From the IMG/VR virus record IMGVR_UViG_3300025030_000039, positions 316,878-380,877 of that record: a stretch of DNA of 64,000 nt; one strand, given 5' to 3'. The notes beneath the pieces are model-generated. The model ran no database searches. It saw nothing but the letters and a program-made list of their open reading frames with translations, and was not told the DNA's origin. Source of the DNA: a virus. The translations under genes and the position numbers were made by a program. Shown here piece after piece: positions 63,954 through 64,000 of this stretch; positions within the stretch are counted from its first letter, which is position 1, and each line of letters begins with the position of its first letter.

Positions 63954-64000
63954 GACTTACAAATACTTAGATTACTTTCAAATACAAATGAATTTTGTTC

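Noticed and set aside
1-64000. CRISPR arrays, rRNA genes, integrases/transposases
   Set aside because: No direct-repeat/spacer periodicity was seen. There are no long GC-richer rRNA-like blocks and no tyrosine/serine recombinase or DDE motifs in any ORF. The only mobile-type genes are homing endonucleases.

Overview
The window is an extremely AT-rich, densely packed, almost entirely minus-strand gene array. About 100 mostly short ORFs overlap by ATGA-type stop/start junctions; only one credible plus-strand gene (27187..27525) is present. It carries more than 25 tRNA or tRNA-like genes, a tmRNA, homing endonucleases next to tRNAs, and lipoproteins with lipoboxes. A recurring intergenic motif (plus-strand core TGTAAATATAATAA) precedes most transcription units and is often paired with rho-independent terminators. 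I read this as a segment of a jumbo/mega bacteriophage, or a phage-like element. The host is possibly a Bacteroidota-like bacterium, because the motif read in gene orientation is TTATTATATTTG/ACA, which resembles the TAnnTTTG -7 promoter element. That host call is inference only.

Recognisable coding content:
- Translation: IF-3, two Pth2-type peptidyl-tRNA hydrolases, a tmRNA and the tRNA set.
- RNA repair: Tpt1/KptA 2'-phosphotransferase, T4-like polynucleotide kinase/phosphatase, HAD phosphatases, a CYTH domain protein.
- NAD/ADP-ribose metabolism: nicotinamidase PncA, NAD synthetase NadE, a macro domain protein, a NADAR domain protein.
- Signalling triad: vWA, PP2C phosphatase and Ser/Thr kinase in that order, resembling a TerY-P triad.
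- An HD-domain (p)ppGpp-hydrolase-like protein.
- Enzymes: CoaE, dCMP deaminase, APS kinase, T4 endonuclease V-like glycosylase.
- Proteolysis: M42 peptidase, an S24/S26-like peptidase, two classic AAA ATPases (one proteasomal/PAN-like).
- A sigma-70 family factor.
- Homing endonucleases: GIY-YIG, HNH, and three paralogous zinc-finger/PD-(D/E)xK proteins.

The most unusual signals:
1. A canonical amber-suppressor tRNA (anticodon CUA) lies about 1 kb from a Pth2-like gene whose third codon is an in-frame TAG. A second in-frame TAG joins two adjacent ORFs (9183..9512 and 8877..9179).
2. A family of tRNA-like genes is closed by perfect 7-bp acceptor pairings but carries 60-100 nt insertions in the 5' half. 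These insertions share a conserved approximately 22-nt core (minus-strand RNA sense ACTCAAAGTYATTACAGAAWAA).
3. Three of these, plus one related class-I tRNA-like gene, cluster next to a large vWA-domain protein with a possible Ro60/TROVE-like N-terminus. Their anticodon positions read UAG, UGA and UAA on non-Leu/Ser bodies.
4. A roughly 410-nt tmRNA gene.
5. Two homopolymer-associated frame discontinuities that could be programmed frameshifts.

All functional assignments rest on motif recognition by eye, with no database search, and coordinates of RNA genes are approximate to within a few nucleotides.
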